A stretch of DNA of 43,642 nt from Gemmatimonadales bacterium (GTDB taxonomy: Bacteria; Gemmatimonadota; Gemmatimonadetes; Gemmatimonadales; GWC2-71-9): assembly GCA_039794085.1 (NCBI GenBank), contig JBDIWC010000035.1, positions 1 through 43,642 on the forward strand, given 5' to 3'. Position 1 is the stretch's first letter; every line of letters starts with the position of its first letter. The translations under genes and the position numbers were made by a program. Positions 9,147 to 18,777 of this stretch are shown here, one piece after another. Below the pieces are notes generated by a model. The model was not told the origin of the DNA, made no database searches, and saw only the letters and a program-made list of their open reading frames with translations.

Positions 9147-9422
9147 CGCCGGGGCATCTTCCGGGAGTGAGGTGAGGGAGACGGGGACCGCTCCGCCGCC
9201 GGGGATGTGGCTCGCACCCTGTTCAAGGCCGGGACCCGGGCTGGCGCCCGGTCACTCGGCGTGGCCACCGGCGAGATCGCCGTCGGTCAGTGGGCCGACC
9301 TGATGCTGCTCGATCTCGACGCTCCCGCTCTGGCCGGGGCGACTCCTGAGACCCTCCTCCCGGCTTTCATTTTCGGCGCAGGGACGTCTGCGGTGGCGGG
9401 GACAGCGGTGGGAGGGGCGTGG
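9147..9422 (+). pseudogene. hutF: Diverged second copy of the last about 90 codons of hutF
   Basis: Translates RRGIFRE*GEGDGDRSAAGDVARTLFKAGTRAGARSLGVATGEIAVGQWADLMLLDLDAPALAGATPETLLPAFIFGAGTSAVAGTAVGGAW, collinear with 6241-6513; in-frame TGA; no start. Confidence 0.92.
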
Positions 9423-9429
9423 GACCTGT

Positions 9430-9698
9430 CCCCCCTCTCCCTTCGGGAGAGGGGCCGGGGGTGAGGGCCTTCGCACTTCCCACCGGTAGGGGCCGTTCGC
9501 GAACGGCCCCTACAGAGTTTGCACTTCCCAGCCGCTGACGCGGGATGAATCCCGCGCGATGCACCTTCGGTGACCGGCGCTGAAGCGCCAGACCCCCGCC
9601 TTGGGCAATGACCAACGAACAATGATTAGTCCCGGCACCTCCACCGGGGCACCGCCCCAGTTTCCTCCTTCCCACTTCGAACTTCTCCCCTCTCACTC
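9430..9698. repeat. REP mosaic with CCCTCTCCC..GGGAGAGGG unit, perfect 28-bp GTAG-type palindrome (9486-9513) and cgcgggatgaatcccgcg hairpin
   Basis: gtaggggccgttcgcgaacggcccctac is self-complementary; 9539-9590 recurs inverted at about 20342-20394. Confidence 0.85.
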
Positions 9699-12023
9699 CT
9701 ACCTCGTCCAGATTGCCAGGACCCCGCAGGCCGAACCGGTCGCGTTGAGTTCCGCCGGGATCTCCGCAGCCGAACGATAGAACTCCATCGCCGCGATCTG
9801 GTCTATCGGGATGTCATCGAGATTGAACGGGAGCCAAGCCGATGAGAGGCGTGCCCCGTCAAGATACACCTCGGTGTAGCAGGCCTGGGGTATCGTGGGA
9901 TCCATGTCCGGCCGTTTCCCCCCACCCCTTCCCGCAACGAGGGACCGCCTTCCCCGTACCCGGATAATTTTGGCCCCGGGGACCAGTTGCAGCAGTTCCG
10001 GCAGCCGCTGGTACTCCTTCGTCCTCAGCAGCGAATCGTCCCAGAACTTCCCCCCCACGTTGTATTCCCGCCGCCGGGCCCACTCCCGGAGCTTCATGGG
10101 CACCTCGGCCGGACCTCGTACCCGGGTCTCCACCTCCGGGAGCACGAACGCTTCGGCCTGGAGCCGCATGTCGACCCGGCTCGTGTCCTGCCGGAAGGCC
10201 CGGAAGGTATGGGTCGGCCGGTAGCCGAGCCGACGGAAGATCACTTCGAACCGGCCTTCGGGCACTCCGGTGACCCGGTACCGCCCCCCGCTGTCGGTGG
10301 TGGCCAGGCGTCCCGCGTCCACCACAATCACCTGCACATCCGGCAGCCCGGTCCCCGCCGAGTCGATCACCCGTCCCTGCAGCACCCCCGCCGGAGCCGA
10401 TGCCCGGCGAGTCGCTGGAACCGGCCGGTATGCCACGCGCACCGGCACCGGGGACTCCATCACCTCCGCATGCACCGGCGGAGCTTGCACGGAACCGGCG
10501 TGCACCCGGACCCGGGCTCCAACCGGAACTCCGCACACCGCCACCAACCCGTCCGGACGGCTCACGCCATCGATCCGCACCACTGGCCGCACCACGCTGA
10601 GTTGCCGGTCATTGGCCAGTCGCACCGACTGGACCTCCGGGTCTCCCACCAGGACCACCACGGGGACATCCGGCGCGACCGCGGCCGAATCCGCATGTTC
10701 CACCCGAACCACGACGGCCCCCAGGCCGCCCCCCACATCGGCACTGGAGCGGCAGAGCTGCGGCCTGCCGACCGATGGTCCCGCGAGTCTCTCGCCCCCG
10801 GCGGGGGACGCGCCGGGCAGCGGGGGATCTCCACCCACCACCCACCCGGTTCCCCCCTCCAGGGTCCAGCCCACGAGACCAATCGTCTGGGCCTGCCGAA
10901 AGCCGGACGTCTCGCGAATCACGGCTCGAAGGTTGCCCCGGTCGCTGATCCTGCCATCATCGTCCTGCATGCCGTAGACCGGCGTCTGCAGGGACCACTC
11001 CCGCACGATCCATCCGACCCCCGGTACCGGGGCGAAGGCGACCCGCCCCCCGAATGTCGGATTGCCCCGGAACTCCGGCGGGAGATTCACATATTGATAC
11101 GTTATCTCCGCCAGCTCCGCTCCCCTGCGCCGTACCCACAAGGTCCCCCTGATCCCGGGCACTTTTCTCCCGGCCAGTGGTGTGAACTGGAGCCCGACCA
11201 GCCCCTCGGTTCGACGCGCCTCCACGTCCAGGCGAAAACAGTGCGTTTCGAGAAACAGATCCTCCAGCAGCACCCGTGCGTCCGGCGCGTAGAACGTGGT
11301 CAACGAGTCACCCAGTTCGATGTAGCCGCGGTCCCGGAGAACGTCGGGGGTGGCGCTCACGAAGGAGGGTCCTCGGGCGTACTCCACCAGATTGCTCTGC
11401 TCCCCGCGTTCGCGCTGGCTCTGATCCAGCCGACGCACCCACCGCCACCGCCGCAGCAGGGGCTGGACCGACTCTTCCGTCAGCACCGTGGCCGTCAGCG
11501 CCTTGCGCGCTTCCTCCCAGACGGTCACCAGGTCGGCCCCGTCCACTCCCCCGGCGGCACAGGCCACTTCCCGCGAGGCCACGTTCATCTCGGGAAGGAG
11601 GAACGGCGTGACCTCCATCGCCAGGCGGTGGCGGATCGTGTCGGACACCGTCTCGATGGCAAACATGGGTGTGGTGGCCCGGCGGGCGCCGATCTGGTCC
11701 GCCTCCAGGAGGAAGGTCCCGACCCCCATCGCGCTGAACCGGACCCGGCCCTGCAGGTCGGTGAGGCGTCGTTCCACCAGGGAGCCATCGGCGCGCCGCA
11801 AGGCCACGATCGCACTGGGAGCGGGAAGCCCGCGCACCGACTCCACCACGCGCACGTCAACCACCTGGGCCCCGAGCACCCCAGTTGGCCATCCGAGTCC
11901 AACCAGGCACACTACCCAGAAAGCCATCCCCCCCGTTCGATGGATGGGGCGGTTCCCTCCCCGGGCAGGGTTGGCAGTCGTGTGGTTACGCCGATCACGC
12001 ACGCATACCGAGGTTCCGCTCAT
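9699..12023 (-). CDS. Exported protein with carboxypeptidase-regulatory-like domains and a C-terminal TonB-plug-like domain
   Basis: GVLQGRVIDSAGTGLPDVQV...TTDSGGRYRVTGVPEG...RRLGYRP; C-terminus CYTEVYLDG...IAAMEFYR...CGVLAIWTR; no barrel. Start uncertain (AAGGAG precedes ATG 12023). Confidence 0.75.
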   Translation of the reverse strand: MSGTSVCVRDRRNHTTANPARGGNRPIHRTGGMAFWVVCLVGLGWPTGVLGAQVVDVRVVESVRGLPAPSAIVALRRADGSLVERRLTDLQGRVRFSAMGVGTFLLEADQIGARRATTPMFAIETVSDTIRHRLAMEVTPFLLPEMNVASREVACAAGGVDGADLVTVWEEARKALTATVLTEESVQPLLRRWRWVRRLDQSQRERGEQSNLVEYARGPSFVSATPDVLRDRGYIELGDSLTTFYAPDARVLLEDLFLETHCFRLDVEARRTEGLVGLQFTPLAGRKVPGIRGTLWVRRRGAELAEITYQYVNLPPEFRGNPTFGGRVAFAPVPGVGWIVREWSLQTPVYGMQDDDGRISDRGNLRAVIRETSGFRQAQTIGLVGWTLEGGTGWVVGGDPPLPGASPAGGERLAGPSVGRPQLCRSSADVGGGLGAVVVRVEHADSAAVAPDVPVVVLVGDPEVQSVRLANDRQLSVVRPVVRIDGVSRPDGLVAVCGVPVGARVRVHAGSVQAPPVHAEVMESPVPVRVAYRPVPATRRASAPAGVLQGRVIDSAGTGLPDVQVIVVDAGRLATTDSGGRYRVTGVPEGRFEVIFRRLGYRPTHTFRAFRQDTSRVDMRLQAEAFVLPEVETRVRGPAEVPMKLREWARRREYNVGGKFWDDSLLRTKEYQRLPELLQLVPGAKIIRVRGRRSLVAGRGGGKRPDMDPTIPQACYTEVYLDGARLSSAWLPFNLDDIPIDQIAAMEFYRSAAEIPAELNATGSACGVLAIWTR

Positions 12024-12196
12024 CTTCACGCTCCTTGTCGGTTGGTCCAAGCACCAACGTTCGTCGGTTCGGGGCTGCACCGCAGACAACCGCTGGAATG
12101 ATCCCAGGTCCACCAGCGGCCAGTCCCACTCAGGAGGGCGGATCACTCTCAGGCTCGTTCATGCGTTCACCTTGAACCAAGTCGATACCCCCTGTG

Positions 12197-12226
12197 AAAA
12201 GGGAGACGCCACTGGCGCCCCCCCTT
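12197..12226 (-). terminator. Intrinsic terminator-like hairpin after the cassette 2 peptide
   Basis: Minus strand aagggggggcgcc-agt-ggcgtctccctttt. Confidence 0.65.
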
Positions 12227-12269
12227 GCACGCACCCTCCAGGGTCACGACACGGTCTGGTTCGTTGGGG

Positions 12270-12467
12270 TCACCCCGAGACCCAATACGTGCAGCAGTCC
12301 GTGATGCCCGGGTCTGCACTGTGGCAGTCCAACGCCGCACAGTCCGGGTAGATAAAGTAGTCGGTGATCGCCCCCTCGGCGAAGTAACCCTGGGCCACAC
12401 CAGACGACAGCGGCGTGGCGCCGATTGCCAACAGCACGGCACCCACCCTCAGGATCAACCTCTTCAT
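12270..12467 (-). CDS. Small secreted four-Cys peptide (65 aa), cassette 2
   Basis: MKRLILRVGAVLLAIGATPLSSGVAQGYFAEGAITDYFIYPDCAALDCHSADPGITDCCTYWVSG; RBS GGAGGTgtcaaaATG. Confidence 0.85.
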   Translation of the reverse strand: MKRLILRVGAVLLAIGATPLSSGVAQGYFAEGAITDYFIYPDCAALDCHSADPGITDCCTYWVSG

Positions 12468-12547
12468 TTTGACACCTCCGGTAATGGTAGTGGTGGCAGT
12501 GCGCCACCGGTGACGCCATCGGAGCAGCTTGACGCTCCGTCGGCAAG

Positions 12548-13099
12548 TCATTGCATCAGCCTGTTCTCACGCCCGGCGACGCCCTTCTTCAGACCGTCAC
12601 TGCCGAGTGCTCGGCTCACTCCCACATCCGTTGTTGCACCTCGTGCACCTGTCTCCACCAGCGCTGCGCGCTGAACAATCTCACGAAGAGCCCTTATGCC
12701 GTCCCCTTTGACCTTGAGGGAATAGTCTTCCCTGAAGACAACCTGCCCGCCGGTCACCACCGCCCACGCCCCTCCGTTCGCCCCGACCCGCAGGATGCGT
12801 GCGTTGGTGGGTTCGGCTGAGATCCGTTCCCGTCGAAGGAAGCCGTCCACCACCGGCGCATCGCCCTCTCCCCTTTGGACAACAAGCGCTTCCTTCAGAT
12901 CCCCAAGAATCCTGCGGAGAGCGTGAGCGTCCATTTGGCAACTGACACATTCGCGCGCACTGACCGCCCAGACCAGAACTTCCTCGGTCTCTGCTCCGAT
13001 TGCGGCCACGACGTGATCCCGCGGCACGGATCTCGTGCATCCTGATGACCCCATCAATCCGATCACGAGCGCGAGTGCCGATACCGTCACCCTGTGCAT
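12548..13099 (-). CDS. Thioredoxin-like CxxC lipoprotein, cassette 2
   Basis: RBS GGAGGTgtcATG; hydrophobic N-terminus with SSGC lipobox; VLVWAVSARECVSC. Confidence 0.7.
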   Translation of the reverse strand: MHRVTVSALALVIGLMGSSGCTRSVPRDHVVAAIGAETEEVLVWAVSARECVSCQMDAHALRRILGDLKEALVVQRGEGDAPVVDGFLRRERISAEPTNARILRVGANGGAWAVVTGGQVVFREDYSLKVKGDGIRALREIVQRAALVETGARGATTDVGVSRALGSDGLKKGVAGRENRLMQ

Positions 13100-13125
13100 G
13101 ACACCTCCCTCATCAGTATACGGTT

Positions 13126-14292
13126 TCACAGTTTTGCCCTGGGTAGGACGCCGAAATACCATCGTGCGGGGTTGTCAGCGCTTGCGAACACCAGGGTATC
13201 ACCCCGGACCGCAAGCAGAGGCTCCCGGTGCAACTCGTCGAATAGCGTGTTCCCACCACGATCGAGGACGATCGTACCCCAGACATGCTCTCCAGACCAC
13301 AAACGCACGTGAGACAGCAAGACCCTCCCGTCAGACAAGGCGTACACCTTGTGGTGCCGCGTAAAGGACTCCCGCCAGTATTCGCGGGGGATCGTTCCCG
13401 GTCTCACCGTGGCCGTCTGGAAATGCTCGGACCGGAATCCTCTCGCGGACACTCGCTCCCCGGACAGCAGATAGCTGAATACCGTGTCCACCGCTCCCAC
13501 GGTGACAAGGATCGTGTCCGTCATCCTGGAGAACGCGACCACACCTGCGTTGAGGGCCGTGGTTGCGAGGATGTCGTCCCCGGGCATCGGCATGATGCTC
13601 CTGGTGATCGTGCCCGTTGCCAGGTCGAGAACATGCAGAATCGGGGATTGACGTGAATAACTTCTGTGCCCGGTGTACCCGGCCACTAGCAACATACCTC
13701 GGCCAAGAGGCGCTGACTGGAATGATCGGCCAAGATCCGTGGAGACCGTCCTCCACGCGACCGAGTCGGGGGTTCGTGTGAACTGGAGGATCCCTCGTTT
13801 TCCATCCACCACGACGTATTCATTCTCCCCCACTGAGACCGCCTGGGCAGGAAGCTGGAGTTCGCCGGGCCCCCAGCCCTTCTTTCCCGTGCTCCAGCGC
13901 AGGCGTCCGTCCCTCCCATACCGTCGGATCTCCCCCTCGCTCATATCCGCCACCACGAAACCCTCGCCATCACTGGTGACGAATGGGGTGACTACCTGAG
14001 AGGTTGGCGACTCCTCGACCTGAAGACTATCGACAATCTGGAGCTGATCGCGGAGCGACCCCACGATGCCCGGCTCAGCCCCACGAGCGTGTGCATAGCT
14101 ATCGCGATGGCAGCCGCTCAGGGTGCTGATCATGAGCAGGGCCATCACCTGCACCTTCCCGTCCCAGCCTGCCGCGATGGGACCACATGGCGGAGCCCGT
14201 CTCGACCAGCGAGTAAACGCAACACTGCTTACACCCAATTCCCTCATTCCGGTATCCGTTCCGTTGGTTCCGCTGTTCCCTTCACACGGCAT
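13126..14292 (-). CDS. Beta-propeller lipoprotein (6-bladed/NHL-like), cassette 2
   Basis: Lipobox TLSGC; FVVADMSEGEIRRYGRDGRL..STGKKGWGPGEL. True start may lie downstream of 14292. Confidence 0.75.
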   Translation of the reverse strand: MPCEGNSGTNGTDTGMRELGVSSVAFTRWSRRAPPCGPIAAGWDGKVQVMALLMISTLSGCHRDSYAHARGAEPGIVGSLRDQLQIVDSLQVEESPTSQVVTPFVTSDGEGFVVADMSEGEIRRYGRDGRLRWSTGKKGWGPGELQLPAQAVSVGENEYVVVDGKRGILQFTRTPDSVAWRTVSTDLGRSFQSAPLGRGMLLVAGYTGHRSYSRQSPILHVLDLATGTITRSIMPMPGDDILATTALNAGVVAFSRMTDTILVTVGAVDTVFSYLLSGERVSARGFRSEHFQTATVRPGTIPREYWRESFTRHHKVYALSDGRVLLSHVRLWSGEHVWGTIVLDRGGNTLFDELHREPLLAVRGDTLVFASADNPARWYFGVLPRAKL

Positions 14293-14738
14293 GGTCCCAC
14301 TCCACGGTTCAATGAACCATCTTCACGACAGGATCACCCCCTCCCCGCACCTCTCCTTCACCCATCTCCGGCGCGTCACGCGATACGTCCGATGGGATCG
14401 ACGAACCCGCCCTTCCTCTCTATAACGTATGACGCCCCCGATTCTCCCTACACGACCGTCGCATTCCACTCCCACGACCCCTTTCCGTCAGCCCTCGCAA
14501 ACCAGCCCGGTCGGGTCGTCGGTGAGCCTGACCCTCTCACCAGAACCACCACGGCGGTGGGCTCGTTACCTCAGGCATCCCTCGTCAAGAGAGTCACGTG
14601 GCCCAAGGGCCGGGGAAGAGAGGAGCGGCATGACAATCGGTGGAAACAAAGGCGAATCTCCCAACGATCACTGGAGCTGTGACGGGTACCTGACACCCGC
14701 CGACGCACCCAAGCGGCACGGTGTGCCGGGAGGCCCCC

Positions 14739-15350
<612 letters not shown>

Positions 15351-15393
15351 GGACGAACGCGGCCTTCACACTTCGAACTTCACGTTTCCGTAT

Positions 15394-15488
15394 CCCCGGG
15401 GCTTTCGCCCCGGGCTCGGCCATGGGGCCGTTTACACGGCCGACGGCCCGGAGCCTCGTCCGTGTACCCGGTGGTGCGTAGGGGCGGT
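15394..15488. repeat. REP-like element (related copy at about 40821-40923)
   Basis: Shared blocks ccccggggctttcgccccgggctcggc, ggccgtt.acacggccg and cccggtgg.gcgtaggggcggt. Confidence 0.75.
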
Positions 15489-15540
15489 CCCGGTGTGGAG
15501 CGCGGGCTCAGTGGGCTATGGAGAACCGCCTCCCGGTCGC

Positions 15541-16731
15541 TCACTCATCGAGTCCTCTGTCAAGCAGGGCGAGCTGCCGGTCGTACACGTACTGCCGGTC
15601 CCGTGCCCGGCCCGTAATCTCCCGGGTGATCCCGAGTGCGGACAGCCGAGTCAGAGCTGCCGTGACCGTCGGCCGCGAGAGGCCGGTCGCGTCCGCGGCC
15701 CGCGGAATCGAGACGATGATCCTCCGTCGGAGGAGTTCGTAGACCTTCAATGCCGACCCCGCTCCGCGCCCGACCTGGTGAACCCGCGCCCGGTCGCCTT
15801 CGAACAGGGAGAGCAGCGCCCGGGCGGTTCCCATGGCCTGCGTGGCCACCTCCTCCACCCCGGCCAGATAGAACCGGAGCCACCCCTCCCAGTCGCCGTG
15901 GGTGCGAACCCGCTGCAGGGCGTCGTAGTAATCGGCCCGGTTCCGCCTGAGGTAGAGGCTCAGGTACAGAAACGGCTGCGACAACACTCCTTCCGCGCAC
16001 AGAATGAGCGTGATGAGGAGACGCCCGACGCGGCCGTTCCCGTCGAGAAAGGGGTGGATCGTTTCGAATTGCGCATGCGCCAGCCCCGCCTTGATGAGGG
16101 GCGGGGTCCGCTCCCGTTCATCGTGCAGGAACTTCTCCAGGTTGTCCAGCGCCGCCATCATCTCGTGCGGCGGGGGCGGCACGAAGCGGGCATGGCTCGG
16201 CCTGGGTCCACCGATCCAGTTCTGGCTCCGGCGGAACTCGCCAGGCGCCTGGTTGCCCCCGCGACCGTCCCGGAGCAGGACACCGTGGACCTCGCGGATG
16301 AGTCGCAGGCTGAGGGGCATTCCACCCCGCATCCGGTCGTGTCCGTGCTGCAACGCGGCAACGTAGTGGGAAACCTCCCTTACGTCCTCCTCCGGTACTC
16401 CGGGCGCCTCCGCGTTCTCGTACTGGAGCAGATCGGTGAGGGTGGACTGGGTCCCCTCGATCTGGCTCGAGAGGACCGCCTCCTTCCGCACGTACATGTA
16501 AAGGAGGAGATCGGGCTCGAGGGAGGCCGACACCCCATCCAGCCTGCCGAGAGCGTGACTCGCCGCTTCGAGTGCCTCGCGCAATCCGGGATCGAACACC
16601 AGGGGCGGGTTGGGGGGGAGGGGGGCGGGAATGAAGGCGGAGTAGCCCTCAGGCCCGCTCTGCTGGCGCACGGACCGGCCGACCCGGGCAGACCGGTACT
16701 CCACACTGGGCGAGCTCGTACGCTGGCGCAT
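15541..16731 (-). CDS. Fic family protein (class II) with C-terminal HTH
   Basis: Catalytic HPFLDGNGRVGR; inhibitory motif SSQIEG; PGEFRRSQNWIG; C-terminal TGLSRPTV HTH; ATG 16731 after GAGG. Confidence 0.95.
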   Translation of the reverse strand: MRQRTSSPSVEYRSARVGRSVRQQSGPEGYSAFIPAPLPPNPPLVFDPGLREALEAASHALGRLDGVSASLEPDLLLYMYVRKEAVLSSQIEGTQSTLTDLLQYENAEAPGVPEEDVREVSHYVAALQHGHDRMRGGMPLSLRLIREVHGVLLRDGRGGNQAPGEFRRSQNWIGGPRPSHARFVPPPPHEMMAALDNLEKFLHDERERTPPLIKAGLAHAQFETIHPFLDGNGRVGRLLITLILCAEGVLSQPFLYLSLYLRRNRADYYDALQRVRTHGDWEGWLRFYLAGVEEVATQAMGTARALLSLFEGDRARVHQVGRGAGSALKVYELLRRRIIVSIPRAADATGLSRPTVTAALTRLSALGITREITGRARDRQYVYDRQLALLDRGLDE

Positions 16732-16894
16732 TGACGAACCTCTCATATCCGAGCCAGACATGAAAAGATAAGGCATTTATTTTTCACAATACCAAGCCGG
16801 ACGAACTCTTCGTAACTCCCAACGAAAAGCAAATATAGATGATTAATATTTCATAAACAACAACCCCGGGAGAAATCCGGAGACCTCAATACAC

Positions 16895-16923
16895 TTGACA
16901 TGTCAATCACACTGTGATAACTT
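16895..16923 (+). promoter_or_regulatory. Sigma70-type promoter with overlapping palindromes
   Basis: TTGACA-N17-TAACTT; TTGACATGTCAA (16895-16906) is a perfect palindrome; ATCACA-c-TGTGAT (16906-16918) is a 6-1-6 palindrome. Confidence 0.7.
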
Positions 16924-16970
16924 AACATACCACGATGTGCATGAATCCACCCTGATCCCAAGGTAAACCC

Positions 16971-17330
16971 ATGAACCAGAACGAGATCCGCAGCGCCATC
17001 GAGCAGGTCAACCAGCTCGTCCTCCAGGGCAAGGCCATGAAGGCCTTCGACACCTTCTACGCCGACGACGTGGTCATGCAGGAGAACGACAACCCGCCGA
17101 CCGTCGGCAAGGCCGCAAATCGGGCCCGCGAGGAGGAGTTCTTCAGCAAGGTCACCGAGTTCCGGGGGGCCACCGTCGAGGCCGTCACCGTCGGCGACGA
17201 CACCTCCATGGTCCTCTGGCACAACGACTACACCCACGCCGACTGGGGGGTCCGGAAATACCACCAGGTCGCGGTCCAGACCTGGAAGGACGGCAAGATC
17301 GTGAAGGAGCGGTTTTACTACGGAGCGTGA
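16971..17330 (+). CDS. SnoaL-like / NTF2 family protein
   Basis: AFDTFYADDVVMQEND, QVAVQTWKDGKIVKERFYY; strong host-like codon bias. Confidence 0.9.
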   Translation: MNQNEIRSAIEQVNQLVLQGKAMKAFDTFYADDVVMQENDNPPTVGKAANRAREEEFFSKVTEFRGATVEAVTVGDDTSMVLWHNDYTHADWGVRKYHQVAVQTWKDGKIVKERFYYGA

Positions 17331-17622
17331 TGGACTGACGAAGTAGGGAGTCGGGAGTAGGGAATAGGGAGTAGGGGTACGGGCTCGGAACGTCACCCCG
17401 GCGAACGCCGGGGTCCATTTCTATGATGCAGGTCCCCTCCTTCCCTCACACCCAGGTTCCGGGTATTCATCCAGTTGTACGTTCTCGGGCTCGTGACCCC
17501 CTGCAACAACGCCCTTCAAGGTCCGGACGACGGGAAGTACTCACATGACGTTCAGAGATCCCTCGCCGATGGCTCGGGATGACGCACGTCTGAACCTCGC
17601 TGCCCCAGCCCCGGAGACCGCT

Positions 17623-18777
17623 GTGCAACCGGCGTTTGACCTCGAATCCTGGCGCCGGCGCATCCCGCTCGTCGCCACCACCATCCCGCTCAACAACTGC
17701 TCCCAGGCCCCCCTGCTCGTCCCGGTACGCCACGCAGCCGACGCCTTCCTCGATGGCTGGAACCGGAACGGCATGGACTGGGAGGGGTGGATCGGAGAGG
17801 TGGAGGCGGCCCGCGGCGCCTTTGCCCGGCTCATCCATGCCTCCCCGGATGACGTGGCCGTCTGCGGCTCGGTGTCCGACGCCACCAACCGCCTGGCCAG
17901 CGCCCTCGACTGGCGGCCCCCCCGAAACCGCATCGTGCTCTCCGACGCCGATTTCCCCAGCGTGGCCCAGGTGTGGCACGCACAGGAGGCCCGGGGTGCC
18001 GAACTGATCTGGGTCCCCCTCCGCGACGGCCGCCCCCGGCTCGATGACTGGGCCGCCGCCATCGACGAACGCACCCTCCTCGTCTCCGCCTGTCACGGAT
18101 ACTTCCTGAACGGCCACCGCGAGAACCTCGACGCCCTGGCTGAATTGACCCGGGCGTCCGGTGCCCTCCTCTACACCGACGCCTACCAGACCGCGGGCGT
18201 CTCGCCGATCGACGTCTCCACCCTCCCCGTCGACGCCCTTGCCGCCGGTTGCCTCAAATATCTCCTCGGAACCGCGGGCCTCGCCTTTCTCTACGTCAAG
18301 CCCGACCTGGCCAACACCCTGCATCCAACCGCCACCGGCTGGTTCGGCCGAGCCAACCCCTTCGCGTTTGACCCCCGCCAACTCGACTGGGCGCCCGGCG
18401 CCCGGCGATTCGACGGCGGAACGCCTCCCATCCTGAACGCCGCCATCTGCCGCGCCGGGATGGAAGTGATCCTGGAGGTCGGCGTTGAGGCGATCCACGC
18501 CTGGACCGCCCACCTCGCCGACCGTCTGCTGGAGCAGGCCCGGGCCCACGGGCTGGTTCCCCACCTCGACACTCCGGGACGGGAGCGCACTCCCAACACC
18601 GCCTTCCTCTGTCCCGATGCCGCCAAGGTGGAGGCCGCGATGCGCGCCGAGGGGGTGCTGGTGTCGGCGCGGGGACCGGTGCTCCGGTTTGCACCGCACT
18701 TCTTTGTCCGGGAAGAGGAGATCGATCGGGCGGTGGCGCTCGCCGCCAAGTTCATTCCGGCAGAGGCTCGCGCGTGA
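17623..18777 (+). CDS. Class V PLP-dependent aminotransferase-fold enzyme (kynureninase/cysteine desulfurase-like)
   Basis: LNNCSQAP, DFPS, DAYQTAG, GCLKYLLG (PLP Lys), GWFG, RRFDGGTP, LRFAPHF. GTG 17623 after GGAG is preferred because the track's longer N-terminus overlaps a REP remnant. Confidence 0.88.
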   Translation: MQPAFDLESWRRRIPLVATTIPLNNCSQAPLLVPVRHAADAFLDGWNRNGMDWEGWIGEVEAARGAFARLIHASPDDVAVCGSVSDATNRLASALDWRPPRNRIVLSDADFPSVAQVWHAQEARGAELIWVPLRDGRPRLDDWAAAIDERTLLVSACHGYFLNGHRENLDALAELTRASGALLYTDAYQTAGVSPIDVSTLPVDALAAGCLKYLLGTAGLAFLYVKPDLANTLHPTATGWFGRANPFAFDPRQLDWAPGARRFDGGTPPILNAAICRAGMEVILEVGVEAIHAWTAHLADRLLEQARAHGLVPHLDTPGRERTPNTAFLCPDAAKVEAAMRAEGVLVSARGPVLRFAPHFFVREEEIDRAVALAAKFIPAEARA

